Shown here: in pieces, positions 8,715 to 20,712 of the stretch | Position numbering within the stretch: position 1 is the first letter of the stretch | How the letters are laid out: each line of letters opens with the position of its first letter | Assembly: GCA_963770935.1 (NCBI GenBank) | Contig: CAVYRJ010000009.1 | Coordinates: 64,001 to 128,000 of the forward strand | Direction: 5' to 3' | Origin: Candidatus Bathyarchaeota archaeon | GTDB lineage: Archaea; Thermoproteota; Bathyarchaeia; Bathyarchaeales; Bathycorpusculaceae | Length of the DNA: 64,000 bases | Made by a program: the position numbers and the translations under genes | The notes under the pieces: generated by a model | Database searches by the model: none | Told to the model about the DNA's origin: nothing | What the model saw: only the letters and a program-made list of their open reading frames with translations

Positions 8715-11399
8715 ATGAAATCAGAAATAAGGAAGACTAAAACATTTTTGCTTGCGCTAATTATGCTGCTAAGCATTATTGCTACACTTTTTGCCTCGTC
8801 ATCAGTCGATGCTGCTGTTACTACCTACCAATCCTACATCTACGTTTCCGCCTCCCCTAACGTCGTCGGTGTTGGCCAATCGATGTTGCTTGTCGCTTGG
8901 ACAGCTGACATGCCCCCAGACATTGGCGAAACAGCAGGCACAGTTCCCAGTCCAAACGGTAGAGCTGGCTGGAACGGTATGCAAATTAATCTGACAAAGC
9001 CAAATGGCGAATCAGTACTTCTTGACATGCCGCATAGTGATCCAGTCGGCGCCAACTATATTTCCTACACACCTGAGACCGCGGGCACATATTACATTCA
9101 ATCTATATTCCCTGAAACCTGGAAAAACACCACCACTACACAAGCGCATTATTTTGCTACAGTCAGCCCAAAAAACAGCTTCACCGTACAGAACGAACCA
9201 ATACCAGCCTGGACTGATACACCACTGCCAAATGGTTATTGGACTCGTCCACTTAACAGTGCAAACAGATTCTGGTATGTGCTAGCAGGAAACTGGCTTG
9301 CTGGTCCTAGCGGTGGAGGTGGTTCAAGCTTAACAACCCCCTTCCTGCAGCCAGCAGGTACTTCAGGCGGCGTCCCTCAGCTTTTGGTCACTTGTCAAGG
9401 CACAGCAAGCGCTCACATACTATGGACAAAACCATACTATATGGGTGGACTCATGAGTAATCAATTTGAAGATACAGGCTACCAAACGGCTCACTACCAA
9501 GGTCTTGGTTGGACTGGCGTCACAATCCTGCAGGGAAAAATCTATTATGCTCCACGCGCAACCGATCACACAACACAGGGTTACGTCGTCGTCGACTTGT
9601 ACACCGGTGAAACATTGTACGCTTCAAACAACACTAAACCTGCATTCGGTCAAATATACAACTATGAATCCCCTAATCAGCACGGAGGCTTTGCATACCT
9701 ATGGAGAACATCTGGTGTTACCATAACTAATCCTGGCGGCGTCAACGGCACGGTTTGGGAGGCGATTGACCCATTCACAGGTCAAACAGTATACAAGATA
9801 GCCAACGTATCTTCAACAGGCACCCAAGTCTACGGCAAAGACGGAAGTATAACATACTACAACCTTGTCAACTATGGAACTGCAACAGTCCCCGACTATC
9901 GTTTGACTATTTGGAACAGCTCGGCAATACCATCTGAGTTGCTGGGAGACTCTGGAACCAACTATTGGCAATGGAGACCAGCCACAGGCGGCAGAGGTCA
10001 ACAACTTGGCGGCGAATATGTTCATGACGGAAACCGGGCCTACTCCTTAAACGTGTCAATTCCATCTCCCTATAACGACCGAAATTCACTGCTCAACGAA
10101 ACAGGAACGATCCGCTGCGTACGAGAAAGTGACTACCTCATATTTGGAACCGCTGGAAGAAACGATGAAAGAGGCGACGTCCCAGGCATGCTAACAGCAG
10201 TTAGTTTGAAGCCAGAAAATATAGGCAAACAACTGTGGAAGATAACCTTCTCAGAGCCATATTCACCAACAACATCCAACGCAACAATGAACCTAGCAGG
10301 CGTATATCCAGAATCAAACGTGTTTGTCTGCGGAAATGTCGGCATGCAAGGCGGCTCAAAGGTTCTCAAATGGTGGGGCTATGACTTAACAACTGGAAAA
10401 CAGATCTGGGAAACTGACACCTTGCCACAATTGCAGTACTACGTCGGCCTGTTTAACACCTACAACGGCTTGTTGTTGACCCAAGGTTATAGCGGAGTAA
10501 TGATCGCCTTTGACCTAACGACGGGAAAACAAGTGTGGAACTACACTGCTGATGGAGTTGGCTTTGAATCTCCCTACGGCAATTATCCCATCGGTATTTC
10601 GGCTATCGCTGACGGAAACGGGTTAATCTACACAGCAGCCAGTGAGCACTCGCCCACTCAACCACTGTGGCGTGGTCCAAACTTACGCTGCATTAATGCA
10701 ACTGACGGAAGTGAAGTTTGGAAAATACTATTCTGGGGAGCCGGTATGTCACCTACTGACCCTCACAACATAGCAATGGCAGATGGCATCTTAGTCGGTC
10801 TCAACTTCTACGATAATGAACTCTATGCATTCGGCAAAGGTCCAAGTGCAACCACAGTCTCTGCGCCTCTATCGGGCACGGCAGTAAATTCTGTTCTAAC
10901 CATCACCGGAACGGTCACTGATCAGACCCTAACTGGCAAACGAACCTCCAACAACGCCTACGAATTCACTCTCAAGGGTACACCAGCAATATCTGACGCG
11001 GACATGGGCAGATGGATGGAGTACCTCTTCATGCAGCAAAGCTACCCGGCAGATGCAAAAGGCGTTCCAGTTAACTTAGCAACCATCGACCCCAACGGCA
11101 ACTACTTTAACATAGGCACGGTTACATCTGACGTCAACGGCAACTACGGCATTCCGTTCACCCCCAACGTTCCAGGCACCTACCAGATCCTCGCAAACTT
11201 CGCAGGCTCTGCAGCCTATGGACCATCATCTGCATCAACCTACCTGACCGTTGCAGAAGCAGCACCAACACCAACAACTCAACCTGAAATAGCAATACCA
11301 GACAATACATCAACAATCATTGGCGCAACAGTCGCGATTATAATCGCCATCGCAATAGTTGGCGCTTTAATGCTTTTGGCAATTAGAAAACGACCATAG
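8715..11399 (+). CDS. Secreted PQQ-like beta-propeller surface protein (paralog of 5632..8172)
   Basis: Shared blocks YWTRP, HIxWT, FGQxYxYES-x-NQHG, EHS, GKGPSATTV, WMEY; TM helix plus RKRP tail. Confidence 0.85.
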   Translation: MKSEIRKTKTFLLALIMLLSIIATLFASSSVDAAVTTYQSYIYVSASPNVVGVGQSMLLVAWTADMPPDIGETAGTVPSPNGRAGWNGMQINLTKPNGESVLLDMPHSDPVGANYISYTPETAGTYYIQSIFPETWKNTTTTQAHYFATVSPKNSFTVQNEPIPAWTDTPLPNGYWTRPLNSANRFWYVLAGNWLAGPSGGGGSSLTTPFLQPAGTSGGVPQLLVTCQGTASAHILWTKPYYMGGLMSNQFEDTGYQTAHYQGLGWTGVTILQGKIYYAPRATDHTTQGYVVVDLYTGETLYASNNTKPAFGQIYNYESPNQHGGFAYLWRTSGVTITNPGGVNGTVWEAIDPFTGQTVYKIANVSSTGTQVYGKDGSITYYNLVNYGTATVPDYRLTIWNSSAIPSELLGDSGTNYWQWRPATGGRGQQLGGEYVHDGNRAYSLNVSIPSPYNDRNSLLNETGTIRCVRESDYLIFGTAGRNDERGDVPGMLTAVSLKPENIGKQLWKITFSEPYSPTTSNATMNLAGVYPESNVFVCGNVGMQGGSKVLKWWGYDLTTGKQIWETDTLPQLQYYVGLFNTYNGLLLTQGYSGVMIAFDLTTGKQVWNYTADGVGFESPYGNYPIGISAIADGNGLIYTAASEHSPTQPLWRGPNLRCINATDGSEVWKILFWGAGMSPTDPHNIAMADGILVGLNFYDNELYAFGKGPSATTVSAPLSGTAVNSVLTITGTVTDQTLTGKRTSNNAYEFTLKGTPAISDADMGRWMEYLFMQQSYPADAKGVPVNLATIDPNGNYFNIGTVTSDVNGNYGIPFTPNVPGTYQILANFAGSAAYGPSSASTYLTVAEAAPTPTTQPEIAIPDNTSTIIGATVAIIIAIAIVGALMLLAIRKRP

Positions 11400-11776
11400 A
11401 AAAAACAAAAATAACCAATCCCTCTTTTTCTTTGCTGAAAAACTTTTTTGCCACTATCCGGTCGAGCCATTAACCAGCAAATTCAAACAACTTTTAAACT
11501 TCTTCATTGCCACAGCAACATAAGCGGTCTTGTTACCCTTCTTAGCCAAATGGTTATTTCCAATTTTTTCGAGAGTTTTTATGTAGTTTTTAAAAGTTTA
11601 TTCCATAAATTCTTTGACAGTTATTGTATCGTTTTTTTATAGAAAATCCGAAAAGTCTCTTTGTCAAAAACATCTTTTTCCCAGAAAGAAAAAACCAAAT
11701 AAATGTTCTAAGAAGTATGGTTATCTGACTCGCTAATTGTTAACCAATCCTACAATGATCTTGCTGACTTTGGCTT

Positions 11777-12499
11777 TTACACTACTTTGGCGTCAAGTCC
11801 CTCAATTACCAACGTTTGGTTTTGCCCAAACAACTGATTGTATAGGTAATCGCTTTCGTTATGCTGGAACGCAATCAGTTTAAGGTCATATGCCATTTGG
11901 CTTTGAGATGCGCTTTGTCCGTTTGCATAACCAGTTTGAGCGGTCACTGTTCCCCAGATCGAAACTGTCGGATTTTCCAAGTGCTTTTCTGAAAACTTGC
12001 TTAAACTAACCATGCCCGTGAGAGAAATTAACCGTGATTGCCCAGCATCCAAAATGTTGCTAAAGCCGCTTGTTTGCAATCCCGTCCGCATATCAGAAAT
12101 TATTGTGTTACTTATTTCGAAAGAAGGTCCCCCTAAGGAGCCTTGGGCTGGACTGCCGTTTGAATCATTTAATCCGATTTCATTTTTTGTAATTTGTTCA
12201 GCTATGTACCCTCTGAATCCAGTCATACTAACCATTTTATCGCCGTTGTTGGTGACTTTCAATATTATTACATACGAAGCCAAGTTGTATTCTGAACTGG
12301 ATCGCGAAATGTCATAGTTAAATCCCGCCGAATTTGTGTAAACTATTGGGTGACCAATGTAGATGTATGCAATTTTAACATTTATATTGGGTTTGGGCTC
12401 AGGGAGGACGTTGTTCCAGTATATGTAAAAAACGCTTGTTAGCAGGATTGCAGATAAACCAACGGCTAAAACTATCAGAATTACGAATTTTGGCTTCAT
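11777..12499 (-). CDS. Hypothetical membrane-anchored extracellular protein
   Basis: N-terminal hydrophobic anchor followed by a beta-rich domain. Confidence 0.65.
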   Translation of the reverse strand: MKPKFVILIVLAVGLSAILLTSVFYIYWNNVLPEPKPNINVKIAYIYIGHPIVYTNSAGFNYDISRSSSEYNLASYVIILKVTNNGDKMVSMTGFRGYIAEQITKNEIGLNDSNGSPAQGSLGGPSFEISNTIISDMRTGLQTSGFSNILDAGQSRLISLTGMVSLSKFSEKHLENPTVSIWGTVTAQTGYANGQSASQSQMAYDLKLIAFQHNESDYLYNQLFGQNQTLVIEGLDAKVV

Positions 12500-12711
12500 T
12501 TTAATGTCATCATTGTCCGTTTTAAATTACAATCAATGCTAAAATCTATATCATTCTATCTATAAGAACAATAGCAAATTAACTAGTAAGCCGGATTCGT
12601 AATTTCACTTGAAAACCCTTTTTTTCTGCTGACGTTTTAGGTCTTATAGATAAGCATTTGATTTAAATTCGAATAGGACCTCTTTCTTTCCTCATAAATC
12701 TGTTTGAGAAA

Positions 12712-13044
12712 TTATTTCATCTGTTCAGCATAATTTATTTGAAGATCTGTTATTAGTCTTCTCAAACGCTCCTTTTCCGCATCTTCTATGTAGGGCTCCA
12801 TCTTGTCAACAAGCGAGATTATGCAGTCAATGGCAACATGTGCTTTTACAAGATCTTTCTTTATTTCACTCGTGCCTGGATTAACCCGCAGTCCGATATA
12901 ACGCCATGCTTGCTCGCTAAGAAGCATAACGAACAACTCTAAGAGCTGATAGATATCTAAACGAGATATGTCAACAGAACTCGGTTCTTGATCCATCTTT
13001 TCCGAATCACTCATATTAGAATTCAATCCCAAACATCCTCCCAC
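12712..13044 (-). CDS. DUF1844-like protein
   Basis: AW-x-x-IGL-x-x-NP…DL-x-x-A-x-x-AID…LQINY pattern; the true start may be the internal Met (MSDSE). Confidence 0.7.
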   Translation of the reverse strand: MGGCLGLNSNMSDSEKMDQEPSSVDISRLDIYQLLELFVMLLSEQAWRYIGLRVNPGTSEIKKDLVKAHVAIDCIISLVDKMEPYIEDAEKERLRRLITDLQINYAEQMK

Positions 13045-13297
13045 ACCATCATGTTTCTTCTCTAAACCTTCATTCTAACTAATAATTTCAATCTGCAACT
13101 CCAAGCTAAAAATATATAGGAGTTTCGTGAACGTCTATAAAAAACCCAAGAGATTCCGAAGAATTTCAGTATAAAAAAACGCTGAGAAATCCAAATATAC
13201 ACTATTAAGGTCAAAACAGAAATGTATAAGCTTTTATACGTATGTTGATGAGAGATGTTAAAAAGAAAATGTTTGCTTCCGAGAGGATAAAGACTAA

Positions 13298-16200
13298 ATG
13301 CCCTACATAAAAAAAATTGAGTTAAAAGGCTTTAAGTCTTTTGGACCACAAACCGTCAAGGTTAGCCTAGACAAGGGTTTCACTGCAATTACTGGTCCAA
13401 ACGGTAGCGGCAAAACCAACATCATGGATGCTTTGCTTTTTTCGCTTGGGGAACTTAGTACAAGAAGGCTCCGGGCGGAAAATTCTGCTAAGCTTATTTT
13501 TCACGGTTCAGAAAAGGCTGGGCAAGAAAAAGCTAAAATGGCAAAAGTTGTTGTTCAATTTGATAATTCAGATGGCATAATGCCCGTGGACACAACCACA
13601 GTCACCATTTCCCGCGAGGTTTACCGAAACGGGCAGAGCGTTTACAGATTAAACGGACGCCGGATGTCGCGTGGGCACATCACCGAAACACTCTCTATGG
13701 CTTCAATAAGCAGCATAAGCCAAAACATCATTCCGCAAGGCACAATCACGCGGTTAACCGATATTAATCCGCTTGAGCGAAGAAAAATCATCGAAGACCT
13801 CATCGGCATAGCCCAATACGACGATGAAAAGACAGAGGCAGAAGAGAAACTACGCGCCGCGGACATTTCAATCCGTACCGCCATGGGCAGAATTGATGAA
13901 GTCCAAAAACGCCTCGATGACCTTGAACGTGAACGTAACCAACTTTTACGCTACAATTTCATTCAAACCGAAACTAAAAAGTTCCAAGCCATAAAAATCT
14001 CAAGCGACATCACCCAAATGGACAAAACAATAAAGGAAAACACTAGCACAAACCGTTAAGGTTAAGGAAAGGGTTGACAAACTAAAGGAACAACGAAATC
14101 TTCGCAGAACCAAACGCCACGACATCGAAGGGGACTGGCGAAAACTTAGCGGCGAAGGTCTTGAGCAGGGCGGCTCCGAGGTTCTTAAGGTTCAAATAAA
14201 GATTGGAGAATTAAAATCAAAGCTCACCGAGTTAACTACGAAGATTAGTTCTGGGCAAGCTAGCCTTGAAAGTTTTAAGCGTGTTAAAGAAAACAACCTT
14301 GCCCAACACGAGAACCTACGAAGTGAGATTCGGGAAAACCGCTTAAAAATTCGTTCTTTTCGCAGTGAACATGAAAAACTCAAAACCCAAATAACAGAGA
14401 AAGAAGCCGCACACGGTGTTTTGGCGCAGGAAACTTCGCAGCTTTGGGGAGGACTAGATGATAATAACCTGCAAATACGTGCGTTGGAAGCTCAAATTGA
14501 ATCTCATGTTAAACGAATAGCTTATTTACGTTCGGTTTATACACAGGACAAATCGGCTCTGCGGCTTTGCACTGGAAGAATCAAAAACTTATCTGTGAGA
14601 AAAGAAAAGTTCCAGACCAGCCAACTTGAAATCGAGAAATCGTTATCTGAGCTTGAGCAGGTTCAAAGGGACCAGAAAACGCAGTTAAGGAATCTTGAGC
14701 AAACAATAGAGCGTAAAAAAGCTCAGAAAGAAACCGTTCAAAAAGAAATCACTGATGCAGAAAAGATTGCAAGTTCCGCTAAAGATGCCGTAATAGAGTT
14801 TGCAACCCAAAGAGACCTTGCCGCAACAATCGCTAATGAAGAAAAAGCGCTCCGCGGCATCGAGGAAATGGGCGATGTCGACGCAATTGCGGGGATTCAT
14901 GGCAGACTGCGTAATCTGATAAAGATTGATAAAGGCTTCAAGAAAGCCGTTGACGCAGCCGCTACGGGTTGGCTTGATGCTTTGGTCGTAAAAGATATTG
15001 ATACTGCCTTTACATGTACTGAAACGCTTAGGCGCATGAAACTGGGAAGAATCAAAATCATCCCGCTTCATGGGGCAATTAACATTAAAAACAAGGCGCC
15101 GCCAAAACGAGAAGGCATAGTTGGACCTCTTGTGAGCTTTCTGAAGTATGATAGTACCTTTGAGCTTGCAGTTAACTATGTATTCGGCGACACAATGGTT
15201 GTTTCAAACGATAAAGCGGCTTTTGCTCTTTCAAATGAGGGCTACCGTGCAGTTACAGTCAATGGTGACTTGTATGAACCAGGCGCTTTCGAAAGCGGAT
15301 ATTACCGTGCACCGATAGATTTCTCAACTATAATTCCCAGCGAGAAAGCATTAAGCAGCTTAGATGAAGCAGTTAAAGCCCTTCAACAACATCTAACCCA
15401 AAGAGGAACTGACATTATCAGTATTGAGGAAGAACTCGAGTACACGAAAATCGCGATAACAAGACTTACAGAATCCGTGGCAACTCTAGAAAGAGAAATA
15501 ATTAGGGTAAAACGGGGCGTTAAAAGAACCCAATTCAACATTCGACATTTAGAAAAGTACGGCGGCAAACTTGAACGTGAAGCAGCATCCTACAAAGGTC
15601 GCATGGACGTTTATAAAAATGAAAGAAACGCCATCCGAAGAAACCATCAAAAAATCCACGCTGAAATCGCAGCTCTAAGATTGAAGACCAATGTGGCTCA
15701 CATCCAAGAACTTGAGGTTCAACGTGAAAAAATCGGCGAAGAATTAAATACGCTACGGCAACGATTGGGTTCTGCGCAGACAGAGATTTCTACTCACCAG
15801 TCACAATTTGACAGGGTTCTACGGATTGGCTACAAAAACACAAAGATTCAGATTTCAAAGATTGAGCAACAACAAAAAAAACTTGAGAAAGAAGTAGCTG
15901 AGGCGCTTTCTGAACGAGAAATAATCAAGAAAGAAGCAGATGAACAAGAGAAAAGCCGAGTTGACCTCTCTAAAGCGGTTTTTTCTGCTCGTGAAGAATC
16001 CAAAAAATTCACGTCCCAAATCGACTCCATCGACTCGGAGCTAAGGCTGCTTGATTCGGAGTACGAGCAAGCAGAGAGACTTCTAAATCAACTTCAACTT
16101 GGCATAGAAACAAACCAATTCCGATTACAACAGCTTCAAAATCAACTTAGAATGTTCGGTTACGAACAGCCAATGGAAACTAATCCAAGACAGGTGCAGG

Positions 16201-16850
16201 AAGCTGAAACAACCATTCGCATGATGCAGTTTGAAATGGAGCGCATAGGCGCCATAAACCAGCTTGCAGCCTCGCACTATTCTGAACAGATTTCAAGGTA
16301 CCGAGAACTATCTGTGCGTTTAAACGAGTTGGAGCGGGAAAAGCAAGCTATTGTGCTGTTTATGGATGAGATTGAATCTAAAAAACGCAAGGTTTTCATG
16401 GTTGCCTTCGAAAAAATCAACACAAGCCTAAAAGTTTACTTCGAAAAACTCACAGGCGGCGGAGAAGCCACACTTAAGCTTGAAAACCCAGAAGAACCCT
16501 TCAACGGCGGAATAGATATGGTTGTGCAGTTCCCAAATAAGCCTTCTATTGTTGTGAGTGGAGCAAGCGGCGGTGAACGTTCCGTTTCAGCTGTCAGCTT
16601 CATCTTCTCACTCAAAGAGTTCACACCAGCAGCTTTCTACGTCCTTGACGAAGTAGATGCACACCTTGACGCTTTCCACACAACAAAGCTTGCTGAAGTG
16701 CTTTTAGAGGAAGCGGGGAAAATCCAGTTCATCGTCATCAGCCTTCGACCAGAGATGGTTAACAAGGCGCAGAAAGTCTACGGAGTTTATGAACGTAATG
16801 GAGTTTCAAACGTAGTTACCGCAAAATTCCCTTCGGAGGCACCTAAATAA
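13298..16850 (+). CDS. smc: Chromosome segregation ATPase SMC (one indel near 14050)
   Basis: GFKSF, GPNGSGKTN Walker A, coiled coils, hinge, SGGE signature and LDEVD Walker B; frame is open from about 14055 into the 14421 ORF. Confidence 0.93.
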
Positions 16851-16851
16851 C

Positions 16852-17571
16852 ATGGCGTCTGTATCAACAACTCCGACGAGGCGTCCGTTTTACCTTCGAC
16901 CTCCCTGGAACATCCTGTTTGAATTAAGCAAACTCGAGAAGCTTACACCATGGAACATTAACATAGCTTATTTACTAAGGTCATTTCTTGCAGAAATGGA
17001 GCGAACACACCCAGAAAAAGTCGATTTTCGCGCTTCAGGGGTAGCATTGGATTCTTCTGCTTTGATTTACTTGATGAAGTCTAAGTTATTGCTTACTTTG
17101 CAGGAGCCACCTGTTCTGCCCAAGGCGCCAACCGATTTTGTTCCACCGCCACTCTTTCTTCCTCTGCGACATGAATTGACTTCCACAACCATTCAGCATT
17201 TATTGGAAGTCTTAGATGACGTGCTGAAAGGTGAAAAACTTCTAAGCCTCACTCACGGGGTTGAGCAGCATCCTGTTTTGCCAGCTGTCACTGATTTGCT
17301 ACCTCAGTTTGACAAGTTCATCGCAGAGCTTGAATTGCAGGTTGACCAGCTGTACGCTATCCTTATCGAGAAAACTGGCGGTCAAGGCATAGTTGATTTT
17401 TCAACCCTAACCAAAGGCGCTACACGCATTGAAGCTTTGCGAATGTTTATCTATTTGTTGTTCCTAGCGCAGGATGGCTTAGTTAGCCTTTGGCAGAATG
17501 AAGAATCCGAGGAATTGTACATAGCTGTGGGGAAACTGAAAGTTGGAAAAGCCGAAAAACCCAATAGTTGA
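16852..17571 (+). CDS. scpA: Segregation/condensation protein A (kleisin)
   Basis: PWNINI…FL N-terminal motif, FxxLLFL C-terminal winged helix, position after smc. Confidence 0.85.
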   Translation: MASVSTTPTRRPFYLRPPWNILFELSKLEKLTPWNINIAYLLRSFLAEMERTHPEKVDFRASGVALDSSALIYLMKSKLLLTLQEPPVLPKAPTDFVPPPLFLPLRHELTSTTIQHLLEVLDDVLKGEKLLSLTHGVEQHPVLPAVTDLLPQFDKFIAELELQVDQLYAILIEKTGGQGIVDFSTLTKGATRIEALRMFIYLLFLAQDGLVSLWQNEESEELYIAVGKLKVGKAEKPNS

Positions 17572-18154
17572 AGAAAGCTCAAATCCAACTCCTGAGGTTG
17601 AGCAGGCACAGGAAAATGAGCGTAAAACTCATAGTCTAGCGCTTTTAGAAGCGGCTCTCTATGTTGCAGGTCGCCCCTTAGATCTAAACGAGCTATGTCA
17701 AGTAATTGGAAGCCGCTCTAAAAAACGGGTGACGATTTACGTTGAGACACTCATGGAAGAATATAAGGCACGCAGCAAAGCTCTTGAGATTTTGCCGCTG
17801 AAAAATGAGCGATATGTTTTACAGGTAAAAGCAGAATTTACACCTTTGATAAAAAAGCTGGTCAACAGGCCCCTTCTATCTTCTGGCCCCCTAAAAACTC
17901 TCTCCTACATTGCCTATCGCCAACCCATCTCCCAGAAAAGAGTAATCGAAGTCCGAGGGCAACATGCATATGGACATGTAAAGTTACTCAAGGATATGGG
18001 GTTGATAAATGCTGAAAGAAGCGGACGTTCAATGGCACTAAAGACCACCGATTACTTTTCAGACTACTTTGGATTAACAACGGACACTTCAGTAATGAAA
18101 AGAGATTTGAAAAAGATTTTCGGTGAAGCATTAAAAGAAGATGCCCAAACTTAA
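17543..18154 (+). CDS. scpB: Segregation/condensation protein B
   Basis: LEAALY, LKTLSYIAYRQPI…RG, TTDYF…FGL motifs. Confidence 0.92.
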   Translation: MEKPKNPIVEESSNPTPEVEQAQENERKTHSLALLEAALYVAGRPLDLNELCQVIGSRSKKRVTIYVETLMEEYKARSKALEILPLKNERYVLQVKAEFTPLIKKLVNRPLLSSGPLKTLSYIAYRQPISQKRVIEVRGQHAYGHVKLLKDMGLINAERSGRSMALKTTDYFSDYFGLTTDTSVMKRDLKKIFGEALKEDAQT

Positions 18155-18496
18155 AAGATAGTGGCTTTCATTCGTCAAAGCATTTAGCTAAATACTTTCA
18201 ATTGCGATTAGCTTTTTCTTTGCAGTTTTCCGTAATATTTCTGTGCTGGTCTACTATGTAGATATACAAAGAAACCGTAAACTTTTTATTTGCAACACGG
18301 TGTAACTTTTAAAGTACGTGGAGTTTAAAGAGGAAAGAACATGAGGGATCGTCACCTCAATAGCTGGGATCGTCGGGTACATATTTTCTAATTCACCCAG
18401 GTCACCCTCTAAACAATTCACGAAAAAATTCTCGCAAACATCTTCTTTTCTAGACGAGTTTATAGTTGATTCAACTGATAGGAGACAGAATTAAAA

Positions 18497-20200
18497 ATGG
18501 CAAAAATGTCTGGTGCACAAGCACTCTTAGAATCCCTAGAACGACAAAAAGTTGAAGTTATGTTCGGCATCTTAGGCGGAGCAATCCTCCCAGTATACGA
18601 TGCATTATGCAAAAGCAAAATTCGACATATCTTGGCAAGACACGAACAATGTGCTGCCCACGAAGCTGAAGGCTATGCACGTGCCAGCGGACGAGCAGGC
18701 GTATGCATGGCAACCAGCGGTCCAGGAGCCACAAACCTAGTCACAGGCATAGCTAACGCCTACATGGATTCCTCCCCAATCATTGCCTTAACTGGCCAAG
18801 TGCCCTCTTCCGGCGCCAACACCAGCTACATGATTGGAAGAGACGCCTTCCAAGAAGCAGACATCATAGGCATAGTTACAGCAGTCACCAAATACTGCTA
18901 CCAACCAAGAACCGTCGCAGAAATCCCAGTTACAGTCAACAGCGCCTTCCACATAGCAACAACAGGCAGACCGGGACCAGTGCTCATTGATTTACCCAAG
19001 AACATTCAAGCTGGAATCGTAGACATTGAAATTACAGACAAAATAGAAGTCGCAGGTTACAGAATAACAACTGAACCGGACCTTGCAAAAATTAGCGAAG
19101 CTTCAGACTTACTTGCTAAAGCTCAAACCCCAATAATACTGGCAGGCGGCGGAGCCATAATCGCTGGAGCCTCTGATGAAATCGTCAAAATGTCGGACTT
19201 ACTGATGGCTCCAGTTGCTACAACCTTCATGGGAAAAGGCGCCTTCCCCGAAACTCATCCTCTCTCACTGGGAAGTATAGGCATGCATGGTAACCCAGCG
19301 GCAAACAGGCTAATGGGTGAAGCAGACGTACTGTTAGCCATCGGGACAAGATTTAGCGACCGAGCAACAGCGAACCTCGACACGTTTGCCCCAAATGCCA
19401 AGATAATCCATATAGAAATCGACAACGCAGAAATTAACAAAAACATAGAAGTTGATGTGCCCATAGTCGCAGATGCAAAAATCGCCATGAAAATGCTGTT
19501 GATGGCAACATCCAAGAAGCTGCAGAAAGGCGAAGGCAAAGAATGGACAAAACGGGTTAAAGAAGTCAAGGAAAAGCTAAGTCCATTGATAAAAGATCTG
19601 CCAAAAGACGTGGTTCCCAAGTCCTTATTGTCTGAACTAAGAAAATTATTGCCAGACAGCGCCATAGTTACAACCGAAGTTGGACAGAACCAGATGTGGT
19701 CAGCACTATACTTCAAAGCACTAAAACCGCGGACATTCATCAGTTCAGGCGGACTTGGCACGATGGGCTTTGGGTTCCCAGCAGCCATAGGTGCTAAAGT
19801 CGCATGCCCAGACCGACAAGTCGTAGACATAGCAGGCGACGGCAGCTTCATAATGAGTGAACAAGAATTAGCATGCAGCGTAACAGAAAATATACCGGTC
19901 ACAGTCATCGTCTTAAATAATTCAGTCTTAGGAATGGTTGCGCAGTGGCAACGAACCTTGTATGACCGCCGCTACATGGCTGTCAACTTAGGCAAGGTTC
20001 CAGACATGGTTAAGCTAGCTGAAGCATACGGAGCTCAAGGCTTCCGCGTAAACAGCATCGCTGAATTCCACAAAGCAGTTAAGACAGCACTAAACAGTAA
20101 AGTAACAACGGTAATCGACGTGCCTATTGGTTCAGAAACCGATGTGGTTCCTTTTGTGCCTCCAGGCTGCGGATTACCCCAACAGAGAGGTGACTACTAA
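18497..20200 (+). CDS. ilvB: Acetolactate synthase large subunit
   Basis: RHEQ, TSGPGATN, GRPGPV, SGGLGTMGFG and GDGSF TPP motif. Confidence 0.95.
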   Translation: MAKMSGAQALLESLERQKVEVMFGILGGAILPVYDALCKSKIRHILARHEQCAAHEAEGYARASGRAGVCMATSGPGATNLVTGIANAYMDSSPIIALTGQVPSSGANTSYMIGRDAFQEADIIGIVTAVTKYCYQPRTVAEIPVTVNSAFHIATTGRPGPVLIDLPKNIQAGIVDIEITDKIEVAGYRITTEPDLAKISEASDLLAKAQTPIILAGGGAIIAGASDEIVKMSDLLMAPVATTFMGKGAFPETHPLSLGSIGMHGNPAANRLMGEADVLLAIGTRFSDRATANLDTFAPNAKIIHIEIDNAEINKNIEVDVPIVADAKIAMKMLLMATSKKLQKGEGKEWTKRVKEVKEKLSPLIKDLPKDVVPKSLLSELRKLLPDSAIVTTEVGQNQMWSALYFKALKPRTFISSGGLGTMGFGFPAAIGAKVACPDRQVVDIAGDGSFIMSEQELACSVTENIPVTVIVLNNSVLGMVAQWQRTLYDRRYMAVNLGKVPDMVKLAEAYGAQGFRVNSIAEFHKAVKTALNSKVTTVIDVPIGSETDVVPFVPPGCGLPQQRGDY

Positions 20201-20712
20201 TGGAAGCTGGAAAAACCAAAGTCATAAGCGTCCTGGTAGAAAACAAACCGGGAGTTTTGCACCTCATCGCCAACCTTTTCCGCCGCAGAAACTTTAACAT
20301 CGAAAGCATAACAGTTGGACCCACCCAAGAGCCAAACGTAGCCCGAATGACTATTACAGTAAACGAAGACGAAAAAACAATCGATCAAGTCGTCAAACAA
20401 GTCGCAAAACAAATCGACGTTCTAAAAGTCAGCGAGCTAGAGCAGGGCAACTTTGTGATGCGTGAACTCGCCCTCATAAAGGTTAATGTGCCAAGCCCCA
20501 AAGAACGCTCCGACGTAATCAACTGCGTAGAAGTCTTCCGAGGTAGAATCATAGATGTCTCAACCGATAGCTTAACAGTGGAAATCACAGGCACTCCTGA
20601 CAAAATCGACGCATTCCTAAACCTAATGAAATCCTACGGAATAATAGAACTCGCAAGAACAGGCATAACAGCACTAGCTCGTGGCGCAAAATCGATAAGA
20701 ATCGACGAATAA
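20200..20712 (+). CDS. ilvH: Acetolactate synthase small (regulatory) subunit
   Basis: VENKPGVL…FRRRNFNIES ACT domain, RELALIKV, ELARTG. Confidence 0.93.
   Translation: MEAGKTKVISVLVENKPGVLHLIANLFRRRNFNIESITVGPTQEPNVARMTITVNEDEKTIDQVVKQVAKQIDVLKVSELEQGNFVMRELALIKVNVPSPKERSDVINCVEVFRGRIIDVSTDSLTVEITGTPDKIDAFLNLMKSYGIIELARTGITALARGAKSIRIDE

Noticed and set aside
8392-8776. ORFs 8392..8691 and 8510..8776
   Set aside because: Low-complexity intergenic sequence overlapping the promoter region; no protein-like features.
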